Origin: a virus
Taxonomy: Duplodnaviria; Caudoviricetes
Strand: one strand, 5' to 3'
IMG/VR virus record: IMGVR_UViG_3300050162_000175
Coordinates: 1 to 38,855 of that record
Length of the DNA stretch: 38,855 nt
Below, piece by piece: positions 26,434 to 35,015 of this stretch; the first letter of the stretch is position 1; the number at the start of each line of letters is the position of its first letter. The position numbers and the translations under genes are program-made. The notes below the pieces were generated by a model, which was given only the letters and a program-made list of their open reading frames with translations, had not been told where the DNA came from and did not search any database.

Positions 26434-26615
26434 CTCAACAAAAGACCCCAGCCAAGCGCGGCCCCAAGCCGCTACCCGAGGGCGAAGTGCGTGAGGCACG
26501 CATTGGCATCCGCACGCATGACCACGTCAAATCAGAGGCCGAGCGCAAGGCCGCGGCGGCGGGCTTGAGCGTGTCGCAGTGGGTAGAGCGGCTGATTTTG
26601 AGCGCACCAGGCTGA
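26430..26615 (+). CDS. Small ribbon-helix-helix (Arc/CopG-like) DNA-binding protein
   Basis: ATGA-coupled. MTQQKTPAKRGPKPLPEGEVREARIGIRT...KSEAERKAAAAGLSVSQWVERLI. Confidence 0.7.
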   Translation: MTQQKTPAKRGPKPLPEGEVREARIGIRTHDHVKSEAERKAAAAGLSVSQWVERLILSAPG

Positions 26616-26628
26616 GCCCATCGGCGCC

Positions 26629-26718
26629 AAATGCGCCGAATCGACGCATTTCAGAACGGCCCTTGAGGCCGTTTTTTGTTGCCTGCGCATGCCTCAAATG
26701 CGTCGAATCGGCGCATTT
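26629..26718. repeat. 23-bp inverted repeats flanking a terminator
   Basis: AAATGCGCCGAATCGACGCATTT (26629-26651) and AAATGCGTCGAATCGGCGCATTT (26696-26718) are 22/23 reverse-complementary. Confidence 0.85.
26655..26680 (+). terminator. Rho-independent terminator of the + cassette
   Basis: AACGGCC-cttga-GGCCGTT followed by TTTTGTT, just after the 26615 stop. Confidence 0.8.
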
Positions 26719-26767
26719 AACTGCGGTCAAAACGCGCGACGTCGCACGTTTTGAGAAGCATTCTGTT

Positions 26768-27325
26768 TCATTTCTTGGCGCGTGACTTGCCGCCCATCAC
26801 AACGTCACCAGTCACCACCGACTTGGCTTTGACGACCTGACCCACGTCCCCATGAATGACCTGCGACACGCCAGCACGGCCACGCGGCCGGGCTGCACGC
26901 TTGGACGACAGCGCGCCGACGATCTGCAAAAACGACTCGCGCTGTTCTGATGGCAGCAACCTGAATTTGTCGAGCAGGGCAGCCTCATCACCCGAAAGCG
27001 CACGCCCCTGCGCCTGGGCGACCACGGCATCCAGGTAGCTCTGCGACACGCCCGCATCAGCGACGTGCAGCGTCGCGCTGGCAGCGGCTGACATGTGCCC
27101 AGCCATCGCTGGCGGCAGGCGCTGGCCCGACAGCAGATACACCACGTCGATGCCCATCGCCGCTACAGCGATCAGGTAATCGGCATCCGGGCTGCGCTTG
27201 CCTTGCTCGTAGTTGTACTGCGCCGTGCGGCCAACGCCGGCCGACTCGCCCAGCACCTCTTGACTGATTTTCAGGCGCTCGCGCTCCTCTTTGAGACGCT
27301 CGCCGAGCGTGCGCGTTGTAGTCAT
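26768..27325 (-). CDS. Phage repressor, XRE/Cro-CI helix-turn-helix
   Basis: LGERLKEERERLKISQ...GV...QYNYEQGKRSPDADYL...GIDVVYLLSG; divergent from the Ner-like gene. Confidence 0.9.
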   Translation of the reverse strand: MTTTRTLGERLKEERERLKISQEVLGESAGVGRTAQYNYEQGKRSPDADYLIAVAAMGIDVVYLLSGQRLPPAMAGHMSAAASATLHVADAGVSQSYLDAVVAQAQGRALSGDEAALLDKFRLLPSEQRESFLQIVGALSSKRAARPRGRAGVSQVIHGDVGQVVKAKSVVTGDVVMGGKSRAKK

Positions 27326-27334
27326 ACGAAACCC

Positions 27335-27363
27335 TTGACAATGTTCTCAAACGAACACATAAT
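27335..27363 (+). promoter_or_regulatory. Early promoter (Pe) with a palindromic operator in the spacer
   Basis: TTGACA-17 nt-CATAAT. The spacer contains TGTTC-tcaaac-GAACA (27342-27357). Confidence 0.85.
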
Positions 27364-27460
27364 TAAATCACCCTGAGCAAACCTAACCACCCCCAAATGG
27401 GCCACCCCTCAAGGGTGATGAAGCCAGCAAACAAACCAACCTACACATTTTGCACCCGCT

Positions 27461-27730
27461 ATGAGCAAACCTGGCACCCCTCCACCCAAAGCGCCGAACA
27501 AGCGGCAAGCCAAGCTGGTCATCAGCCCCGAACACGCTAGAGCCAAGGCTTGGTTTGATCAAACAGGCACCAGCGTCGCGGAATGGGCACGGCAAAACAA
27601 ATTCCCCGTGCACCTGGTCTACAACATCCTTGCTGGCCGCATCACAAAGCGCGGCAAGAGCCACGAGATCGCTGTAAGCCTTGGCATCAAGACTGGTGTC
27701 ATCCGGGGCGAAAAGGGCGGCGCCAAATGA
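27461..27730 (+). CDS. Ner/Cro-like DNA-binding protein (BcepMu gp16-type)
   Basis: AKAWFDQTGTSVAEWARQNKF...VYNILAGR...RGKSHEIAVSLGIK. Confidence 0.85.
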   Translation: MSKPGTPPPKAPNKRQAKLVISPEHARAKAWFDQTGTSVAEWARQNKFPVHLVYNILAGRITKRGKSHEIAVSLGIKTGVIRGEKGGAK

Positions 27731-27951
27731 GCGACAACCCAATCTGCAATGACTACGGACACCCAGCGCGCGCGCTGCTGCTGACCCACACGCTGTATGG
27801 CCCAGTCATCTATGTAGCGCTCGGCAAGACGATGGTCGATCAGCTGCGCTCCTGCGCCTCTCTGCTGACAAAGTGGGCAGAGAAGGGGTGCGCGAAGACC
27901 GCCACAGTTTGGGTCAAACCCACCGCGCGCTCAGCATGGGAACCCGCATGA
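27727..27951 (+). CDS. Hypothetical protein (74 aa)
   Basis: ATGA overlaps at both ends (MSDNPICND...WEPA). Confidence 0.6.
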   Translation: MSDNPICNDYGHPARALLLTHTLYGPVIYVALGKTMVDQLRSCASLLTKWAEKGCAKTATVWVKPTARSAWEPA

Positions 27952-28259
27952 GCGACGCTGCAAGCAAGTACCTCTGCGCGCCGCAGCAGCGCATCCTGCG
28001 CCTGCTGACCGTGCTGGCCGGGTGCGAGATCGCAGGGCTGGCCCCCTCAGACATTGCAGCCGCGCAGAGCTGCTCGGCCTCGGTCGCTACGCGTGATCTG
28101 GCCAACCTCAAAACGGCTGGCATGGCCGAGCAGATCCCCGAGACAGGCCGCTGGCGCCTGTCGCCCCAAATCGTGCAGATCGCCAAGCGCCACCAGCTCG
28201 CGCTGGAGCGCGCACGGCAAAAGCTCGATGAAACCCAACAGCGCTACTCGCGCACATAA
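27948..28259 (+). CDS. IclR-type HTH DNA-binding protein
   Basis: QQRILRLL..LAG...GLAPSDIA...ATRDLANLKTAG.AE...TGRWRL. Confidence 0.8.
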   Translation: MSDAASKYLCAPQQRILRLLTVLAGCEIAGLAPSDIAAAQSCSASVATRDLANLKTAGMAEQIPETGRWRLSPQIVQIAKRHQLALERARQKLDETQQRYSRT

Positions 28260-28272
28260 CGGAGGCACACAC

Positions 28273-29163
28273 ATGGCTCGCACTCAACAGCCACGCCAGC
28301 CGGTCAGCAATGACCTGGTCGAGGCAGTCAACGAGGTAGACACCCTCGCGCTCAACCAGCTCACCGCGGGCGCCCGCCAGGTCATCGAGACCTACGGCCT
28401 CAAGAGCGCCAACCCCGACATTCTCATCACTGAGATTCGCGGGTTTCAGCAAACGGCGGTTGATGCCCTGTTCCAGATCGGCGCGCGCCTGCAGCTGCTC
28501 CACGCAGTGACGCCGCACGGCGAATGGATCCAGCGCCTCGAATCGCTCAACATGATCCCGCGCACGGCGCAACGCATCGTGCAAGCCACAGTCAAATACG
28601 TGGGCGATGGCAAGCACCGCTCCGAGCAGCTGCTCAGCCTAGGCAAGTCCAAGCTGCTCGAACTCATGGTGCTCGATGACGACGAGCTCGACGTGCTCGA
28701 CGCCGGTGGCCAAGTTGGTGAGCTGGACCTGGACGATGTCTCCCGTATGGGCGTCACCGAACTGCGCCAGGCCCTGCGCGAAGCAAAGCACACGATAGAC
28801 GCCAAAAACACCTTGATCGTCAAGAAAGACGACAAGATCAACTCGCTTGACGAGAAGCTCACTGCTGCCAAGCGCTTCAAACCCAGCGCTGACAGCGAGG
28901 CCAAAACCCAGCAAGAGCAGGCCACGCTCGAAGAGGTCGCCGCCGCGGTGCGTGAGGTTGAGCTCGGCTTTACCCGCCTGGCCGTGGTCGTGAGCACCAC
29001 GCTAGAGACCTGCGGCAACGAATCCATACGCGCCCACGTCGCTGAAAAGCTGCGCTATGTGCAGGCCCGCATTGATGAGTGCGCCCGCGAGAACGGCTTC
29101 GAAAAGCTCGAAGGCAGCTACACGCCTGAGTGGCTGGGCAAGCCCGGCACGGCCGGCAAGTAA
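28273..29163 (+). CDS. DUF3102-like protein
   Basis: SD GGAGG. IGARL..L....PHGEW...RTAQR...LGKSKLLEL...LDDVSRM...ELR; typical position before the B3-type transposase. Confidence 0.75.
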   Translation: MARTQQPRQPVSNDLVEAVNEVDTLALNQLTAGARQVIETYGLKSANPDILITEIRGFQQTAVDALFQIGARLQLLHAVTPHGEWIQRLESLNMIPRTAQRIVQATVKYVGDGKHRSEQLLSLGKSKLLELMVLDDDELDVLDAGGQVGELDLDDVSRMGVTELRQALREAKHTIDAKNTLIVKKDDKINSLDEKLTAAKRFKPSADSEAKTQQEQATLEEVAAAVREVELGFTRLAVVVSTTLETCGNESIRAHVAEKLRYVQARIDECARENGFEKLEGSYTPEWLGKPGTAGK

Positions 29164-29174
29164 GGGGCGCACGC

Positions 29175-30959
29175 ATGGCCGCACTCACACCCCTGCAAGT
29201 CACCTTCTTGACCGAGGTCCAGCAACGCCTGGACGCGGCCAAGCAGGGCGAGAAAGCTGCGCTCGTCACCGAGGCCGCGGCGTATCTCGGCGTGAGCACG
29301 GGCACGGTGCAGCGCTGGCTCACAGACCATATGGGCCGCAGCTCGGGCCGCAAGCGCCGCGTTGACGCAGGCCAGCGTGCGGTCGATGAAGACGAGTTGC
29401 TCAAGATCAGCGCTGCACTGCTCGGCTCATTCAGGCAGACCGGCAACCGCATCATGACGTTCGACAAGGCCGTTGACATGCTGCGTGCCGCGGGCGAGAT
29501 CTCGACCGACTTGTCTGCATCACGCATTGCCGTGATCCTGCGTGAGCGCGGCCTGCACCCTGATCAGCTCACGCGGCCCACGCCCTCGATCGAACAGCGC
29601 AGCCTGCACCCCAACCACGTCTGGCAGGTCGATGCATCGGTATGCGTCGCGTACTACCTGAGCAATGCCCAGGGCCTGCAGGTCATGGACGAAAAGAAGT
29701 TCTACAAAAACAAGCCGGGCAACGTCTCGCGCATACAGGCTGATCGACTGATCCGCTACACGGTGGCCGATCACTACACGCACCAGCTGCTCACCCGCTA
29801 CTACCTGGGCAGTGAGTGCGCCCGGCACCTCACTGATTTTCTGATCTGGTCGTTCGCGCCGAAAGACGGCCACATCGTGCACGGCGTCCCATTCATCGTG
29901 CAGATGGACATGGGCTCAGCCAACACATCAGCGCCCACGCTCAACCTGCTGGAGCGGCTTGAGACACGCGTCATCGTGCACGAGCGGCACAACAGCCGCG
30001 CCAACGGCTCTGTCGAAAAAGCTCACCACCTGGTGGAGATCCACTTCGAAAGCGACTTGCGCTTTGCGCACGTTGATGACCTGGTCGACCTCAACGCCAA
30101 GGCCCTCATGTGGGCCAACCACTTCGGCGCCACCAAGCTGCACAGCCGCTATCAAAAGACGCGCCACGCAGCCTGGATGACGATCACCGCCGAGCAGCTG
30201 CGCCTGGCCCCGGCCATCGAGCTGATGCGCGAGCTGGTGACCACAAATCCAAAGACCCCGCGCGTCTCCAACGACCTACGCATCAGCTTCACGATCAGCG
30301 GCCACGGCACCGCTGATTACGACCTCAAATACCTGCCCGGTGTCATGGCCGGCAGCAAGGCCACCGTGGTGGTCAACCCCTTCCGCGCGCCTGCGGTCAA
30401 TGTGGCCTACACCGACCAGGACACGGGCGAGCAATGCTGGATGACCATCGAGCCCGTAGCACGTGATGACCACGGCTGGCGCGAGGATGCCCCGGTGATC
30501 GGCGAAGAGCTGCGCAGCGCTGTGCGCGGCCAGGTCGACCGCAACCGTGATGCTGTGATGGTCAAGGCCTTCGGCGGCGCTAACGCCGAAGAAGCCGCCA
30601 AGCGCCAAGAGAAAAACGGCTTGGTCTTCGAGGGCCGTGTGGACCCCTTCACACGCTTTCGTGACGCCCAGCTGCCCGCCTTCCTGCCCCGCCGCGGCAC
30701 GGCCCTGCAGGGCACAGAGCAACGCACAGTGGAGGCCGCACGCATCAGCGTGGCCGAGGCTGCCAAGCGCCTCAAAGACCAGCTCGGGCCCCACTACACA
30801 CCCGAGGTTTACGGCTGGCTCAAAGCCCGTTTCGCGGATGGCGTGCCCGAAGACCAGGTCGCCGGCATTGCCGCCCAGTTCACCCCCTCGCAAGCCGCAC
30901 CAGCACCCGCTGCTGATGCTGCACCCGTGGGCCTGCGCGTGGTCGGAGGCGCCAAGTGA
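29175..30959 (+). CDS. DDE transposase A (B3/BcepMu type)
   Basis: N-terminal HTH; RKRRVDAG; SLHPNHVWQVDAS (D), MDMGSAN (D), RANGSVEK (E). Confidence 0.93.
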   Translation: MAALTPLQVTFLTEVQQRLDAAKQGEKAALVTEAAAYLGVSTGTVQRWLTDHMGRSSGRKRRVDAGQRAVDEDELLKISAALLGSFRQTGNRIMTFDKAVDMLRAAGEISTDLSASRIAVILRERGLHPDQLTRPTPSIEQRSLHPNHVWQVDASVCVAYYLSNAQGLQVMDEKKFYKNKPGNVSRIQADRLIRYTVADHYTHQLLTRYYLGSECARHLTDFLIWSFAPKDGHIVHGVPFIVQMDMGSANTSAPTLNLLERLETRVIVHERHNSRANGSVEKAHHLVEIHFESDLRFAHVDDLVDLNAKALMWANHFGATKLHSRYQKTRHAAWMTITAEQLRLAPAIELMRELVTTNPKTPRVSNDLRISFTISGHGTADYDLKYLPGVMAGSKATVVVNPFRAPAVNVAYTDQDTGEQCWMTIEPVARDDHGWREDAPVIGEELRSAVRGQVDRNRDAVMVKAFGGANAEEAAKRQEKNGLVFEGRVDPFTRFRDAQLPAFLPRRGTALQGTEQRTVEAARISVAEAAKRLKDQLGPHYTPEVYGWLKARFADGVPEDQVAGIAAQFTPSQAAPAPAADAAPVGLRVVGGAK

Positions 30960-31075
30960 AAGACCTCCGCACCCTCAAGCGCGCCGCCGCTTTCGATGCA
31001 TACAACCGCCGCGCCATCGTGTCGAACATCACGCTGGCGTCTGACCCTCTCCCTCCCTCAGACCACAAGGAGCCT

Positions 31076-32362
31076 ATGAGCACCACCGACCTCGCATCGG
31101 CTGGCGTTGACATGCAGGCCCCATCCCCAAGCCATGCCGAGCTGCTCATCAAGCAGATCGCCAAGCGGCTCAAGGTGGGCTACCGAGAAATGGCCGCAGC
31201 CGGCGGCATCGGCGTGTCAACGCTCGCCCAGATCATCACGCTCAACCAGTGGCCCACGCGCCAGCGTGTGCGCCGCGATCGCATCCTCGCCACGCTGCGC
31301 GAGCGCGGCGCCACCGAGACCGAGCTGGCTACGGCATTCGACCAAGTGCCCGAGCCTGAGGCAGCCCCCGCCCCCGAACCAACGCCCGCCAAGGGCAAGC
31401 ACAAAGCGCCTGCGAATGCCGGCGCTGACGACGACACCCTCCAGGAGACCGACATGCTGATGGGCAAACAAACCCTGTCGATGGCCGCACGCAAGGCGTT
31501 CAGCCTGTTCACCAACCCGTTCGATGGCGAGGTCTCGACCGAGGCTGACATGTTCCTCTCGGGCGAGATCCGCTTCATCCGCGAGGCCTGCTGGCAATGC
31601 GCCACCAACGGCTCATTCGTGGCCCTGATGGGCGAGTCGGGCGCGGGCAAGACCACGATCCTCTCCGACCTCAAAGAGCGCATCAAAGAGAGCAGCCGCC
31701 CCGTGATCATGATCGAGCCCAGCGTGCTCGGCATGGGTGCCAACGACCGCATCGCCAAGATGATCAAGTCGGCCGATATCCTGGCTGCGGGCGTGGCCAC
31801 GCTCGATCCGCAGGTCGCGATCAAGCCCACGATCGAGGGCCGCACGCGCCAACTCGTCAAGCTGCTCGAAGACTCGGTCAGCGCGGGCAACAGCCACCTG
31901 CTTGTGATCGAGGAGGCGCACGACCTGCCCGAGATCACGCTCAAGCACCTCAAGCGCCTGCAAGAGCGCGCGCGTATCGGCCGGCGCTCGGCCCTGGGCA
32001 TCTTGCTCGTGGCACACCCCGAGCTCAAACAAGTGCTCAATGAGCGCCGCCACTCCATCCGCGAGGTGTTTCAACGTTGCGAGATGCTGGAGCTGCAACC
32101 GCTCGACCACGAGCTAGGCGCCTATCTGGCCCACAAAGCCAAGGCGGCAGGGCGTGAGCTGCGCGAGCTGATCACCGACGACGGCATCGAGGCCATCCGT
32201 GGGCGGCTGACCATTGAGCGCCGCGTCAATAACAGCCAGGCCGTCAAGGTGGTCAGCCTGGTCTACCCGCTGGCAGTGCAAAACGTGCTCACGGCCGCGC
32301 TCAACGAAGCCGCCGCGCTGGGCGCACCCGTGGTCGACGCCGACATCGTGAGGGCCTTGTGA
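31076..32362 (+). CDS. Transposition B protein, ExeA-family AAA ATPase with N-terminal HTH
   Basis: SD AAGGAG before ATG 31076 (alternative GTG at 30956). Walker A GESGAGKT, Walker B LVIEEAH, REVFQRCE, YPLAVQN. Confidence 0.92.
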   Translation: MSTTDLASAGVDMQAPSPSHAELLIKQIAKRLKVGYREMAAAGGIGVSTLAQIITLNQWPTRQRVRRDRILATLRERGATETELATAFDQVPEPEAAPAPEPTPAKGKHKAPANAGADDDTLQETDMLMGKQTLSMAARKAFSLFTNPFDGEVSTEADMFLSGEIRFIREACWQCATNGSFVALMGESGAGKTTILSDLKERIKESSRPVIMIEPSVLGMGANDRIAKMIKSADILAAGVATLDPQVAIKPTIEGRTRQLVKLLEDSVSAGNSHLLVIEEAHDLPEITLKHLKRLQERARIGRRSALGILLVAHPELKQVLNERRHSIREVFQRCEMLELQPLDHELGAYLAHKAKAAGRELRELITDDGIEAIRGRLTIERRVNNSQAVKVVSLVYPLAVQNVLTAALNEAAALGAPVVDADIVRAL

Positions 32363-32685
32363 TGACCGACCTCCACCCCCACCGCGAACACGGCCTGCCC
32401 GCCAAAGACGGCCTGCGCGCCCGCATCGCCCTGATCATCACCTGTGTGTGCACGCTGGTGGCCTTGCTGGCCTATGGCCACCACGTTGACTCACAGGCCG
32501 AGGCTGACGACGCTGCGCTGGAGCAACGCATCGCCGACCACATCAGCGAGCGCCAACGCGCCGTTGAATGGACGCACCGCATGGCCCAGGCCTATGCCGC
32601 TGGCCGACACGATGCACTGGCCGACGCCGCCGCGCAGGGCCGCGTGCTCACCGCTTGCGCCACCCCACGCGGAGAGCCCCAGTGA
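32362..32685 (+). CDS. Hypothetical membrane protein
   Basis: One TM segment (IALIITCVCTLVALLAY); overlaps the B gene stop. Confidence 0.65.
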   Translation: MTDLHPHREHGLPAKDGLRARIALIITCVCTLVALLAYGHHVDSQAEADDAALEQRIADHISERQRAVEWTHRMAQAYAAGRHDALADAAAQGRVLTACATPRGEPQ

Positions 32686-32894
32686 TAGCCGATTGCGCAC
32701 GCGCGCCACGTGCACCCACCGCCGTCGAGCTGATGGCTGACGTGCCCGTGGGCGGCTCACGCGTCATGCCCTGGGGCAAGGCCAAGAGCTGCGTCACTGC
32801 GCTGCGCAAGCTGCACGACGGCCGGCGCTGGTCGCTGCTGCCAGCCCCGTCCACGCCCGACGAACCCGTTTACTGCATCGTGAGGCGAGCATGA
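32682..32894 (+). CDS. Hypothetical protein (70 aa)
   Basis: GTGA/ATGA coupling on both sides; GGAG SD. Confidence 0.55.
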   Translation: MIADCARAPRAPTAVELMADVPVGGSRVMPWGKAKSCVTALRKLHDGRRWSLLPAPSTPDEPVYCIVRRA

Positions 32895-33244
32895 GTGAGT
32901 CAACCGTGTCCCTGTCAGCCCGCGTCATCAACGCGCTCGGCGTAGCCCACCGTGGCCGCGACAACGGCATCCACGGCCAACACCTGGCCAACAAGCTGGG
33001 CCTGGACGGCGAGGCCGGCATGCGCGCCCTGCGCAAAGCCATCAGCGGCCTGCGCGAAACCGGCATCCCCATCGCCGGCATGCCAGAGACCGGCTACTTC
33101 ATCGCCGCTACGGCTGACGAGCTGGACGACTTCTGCATTCGCTTCCTGGAGTCGCGGGCCATGCACAGCTTGAAGCTGTCATCGCGCCTGCGCCGCATCC
33201 CGCTGCCCGTGCTGTGTGGGCAACTTCTTCTCAATCAAGCGTGA
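32891..33244 (+). CDS. Winged-helix domain protein
   Basis: HRGRDNGI...LA..L...RALRKAISGLRETGIPI...GYFIAAT..EL. Confidence 0.7.
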   Translation: MSESTVSLSARVINALGVAHRGRDNGIHGQHLANKLGLDGEAGMRALRKAISGLRETGIPIAGMPETGYFIAATADELDDFCIRFLESRAMHSLKLSSRLRRIPLPVLCGQLLLNQA

Positions 33245-33251
33245 GGACCAT

Positions 33252-34154
33252 ATGAAGTCATTCAAGAACATCGTGATGTACAACATCGAGCCCACCAAGC
33301 CGCAGGTCAAAGAAAAGCTTGAGCATGCGCTGGACCGTTGCCCCTTCGTGCCCACGGCGCCAACACAGCAAAAGTCACAAGGCTGGGTGCCGCCACGCGG
33401 CCATGCGCATGGGGCCCTGCTAGAGGCCGTCAATGGCCACTACATCTTGGCCTTGCAGACCGAAGTGCGCACCGTGCCCAGCCAGACGCTGGCGCTGGAG
33501 GTCGAAGCACAGGCGCAGCTCATCGAGCATGAAACCGGCCGCAAGCCTGGCCGCAGCGTGCTGCGCGACATCAGAGAGCAGGCGCTGCTCAAGCTGCTGC
33601 CTGATGCATTCCCCAAGCAATCACGCACCTTTGTGTGGATCAACCCGCTGCTCAAGTTGATCGTGGTTGGCGCATCGAGTGTGCAGCGAGCTGATGACGC
33701 GGTGACCATGCTATGCCGCGAGATCGAGGGCTTCGCGATCAGCCGAGTGCATACCGAGATGAAGCCAGCAACACTGATGGCCTGTTGGTTGGCAGAAGGA
33801 ACGCCCGACTACGACGAATTCACGCTTGGCCGTGATTGCGAGCTTGTGTCCTGCGACGAGAGCAAGTCAGTCGTGCGCTATGCCAAACACCCGCTGGATG
33901 TCCCTGAGGTCTCGGAACGGATCAAGCAAGGCATGTGGCCTCGTACGCTGTCCTTGACATGGCGCGATCGCATCTCATTCATGCTCACTGACCAGCTGCA
34001 GCTCAAGAAGCTGGCCTTGCTCGATGTGGTGTTTGAGACCAATGCAGCCAAGAAGAACAAGCCAGCTACAGACGAGGCCTTCGATGCCGACGTCGCGATC
34101 TTCACGGGAGAGATGCACAAGCTGTTGCCCGAGCTGATCGCTGCGCTGAACTGA
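33252..34154 (+). CDS. rdgC: Recombination-associated protein RdgC
   Basis: FKNIVMY, GWVPPRG, LLPDAF, WI, LGRDCEL, LSLTWRDRISFMLT..L.LKKL, FDADVAIFTGE. Confidence 0.92.
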   Translation: MKSFKNIVMYNIEPTKPQVKEKLEHALDRCPFVPTAPTQQKSQGWVPPRGHAHGALLEAVNGHYILALQTEVRTVPSQTLALEVEAQAQLIEHETGRKPGRSVLRDIREQALLKLLPDAFPKQSRTFVWINPLLKLIVVGASSVQRADDAVTMLCREIEGFAISRVHTEMKPATLMACWLAEGTPDYDEFTLGRDCELVSCDESKSVVRYAKHPLDVPEVSERIKQGMWPRTLSLTWRDRISFMLTDQLQLKKLALLDVVFETNAAKKNKPATDEAFDADVAIFTGEMHKLLPELIAALN

Positions 34155-34178
34155 TCAATCTATTTGCTGCCACCCACC

Positions 34179-34736
34179 ATGATCAGCCTCTACAAAGCCC
34201 GACTCATCAACGCCGATGGGCTACGCCACCTCGTGCTGCTGCACCCTCAGTTCTCAGACCTGCCGTTTGATGAGGTCCAGCAAATGTCGTTTGAGTTGCT
34301 GGAGTGCAAGCGCGGCGATCGACTAGAGCCGACGCCTGACACGCTGTACGTCATGCTGCGCGGCCATGCCATCGAGTACTCAGAGCCGCACCTCAAGCGC
34401 GCGTACATGGGCGACTACGAGCCGCGAGACGTCATCGGTTGGTGGCCGATAGACGGCTATCTGGAGCACTCGCAAATCACGCACTACGCACAGATCAGAG
34501 TGATCTGGCACCTGCTGCCCGAGCTCAGCAAAGTCAAGCACACCATGCAAGAGCGTCACCTGTGGGCCACCCGTGCACAACTGGCACTGTTGACAACGAC
34601 CACTGCAGGCGAGCGCATCCGGATGGACCCACCCAAGCCCGGCGAGTCGTTCCGCGATATCGCCCACCGCCTCGGCATCAGCCGCGAGCGCGCGTATCAG
34701 CTGCTCAAGTGGCCCCGTGGCGTACGCCGAACATGA
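34179..34736 (+). CDS. Divergent Crp/Fnr-like protein (cNMP-binding-like N-domain + HTH)
   Basis: CKRGDRL...DTLYVMLRG...YEPRDVIG resembles a cNMP beta-barrel. TTTAGERI and SFRDIAHRLGISRERAYQLL resemble the Crp HTH. Confidence 0.6.
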   Translation: MISLYKARLINADGLRHLVLLHPQFSDLPFDEVQQMSFELLECKRGDRLEPTPDTLYVMLRGHAIEYSEPHLKRAYMGDYEPRDVIGWWPIDGYLEHSQITHYAQIRVIWHLLPELSKVKHTMQERHLWATRAQLALLTTTTAGERIRMDPPKPGESFRDIAHRLGISRERAYQLLKWPRGVRRT

Positions 34737-34739
34737 GCC

Positions 34740-35015
34740 ATGCAAGTCAGCACGCTACCCCAATGCAAGGTGCCCGGCTGCAGCAGCCCGGGCAACCGGC
34801 GCACCCTCATGTGCCGGGCCCACTGGCGCCTGGTGCCCGCCGACCTGGCCAGCAGCGTGCTGCGTGCAGATGCATCTGTGGTCCTCACCAAGCACACGTT
34901 CAACGGCCCCGCACGCCGCAAACATGCCAAAGCCGTCGAAGCGGCCGTCCAGGCCGTCATCGACATCACCTCCACCACCCCTCTGTCAATCACCTCAGGA
35001 AAGGACATTGCATGA
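34740..35015 (+). CDS. Hypothetical Cys/His (zinc-finger-like) protein
   Basis: CKVPGC...MCRAHWRLVP. Confidence 0.65.
   Translation: MQVSTLPQCKVPGCSSPGNRRTLMCRAHWRLVPADLASSVLRADASVVLTKHTFNGPARRKHAKAVEAAVQAVIDITSTTPLSITSGKDIA

Noticed and set aside
26629-26754. Palindromic repeats as a mini-CRISPR array
   Set aside because: Only two copies, with a terminator between them rather than a spacer series, and no cas genes in the window.
29175-32362. Transposase + ATPase pair as an independent IS21/Tn7-like element
   Set aside because: The pair is embedded in a coupled phage early operon with no flanking inverted repeats; it is the phage's own A/B replication module.
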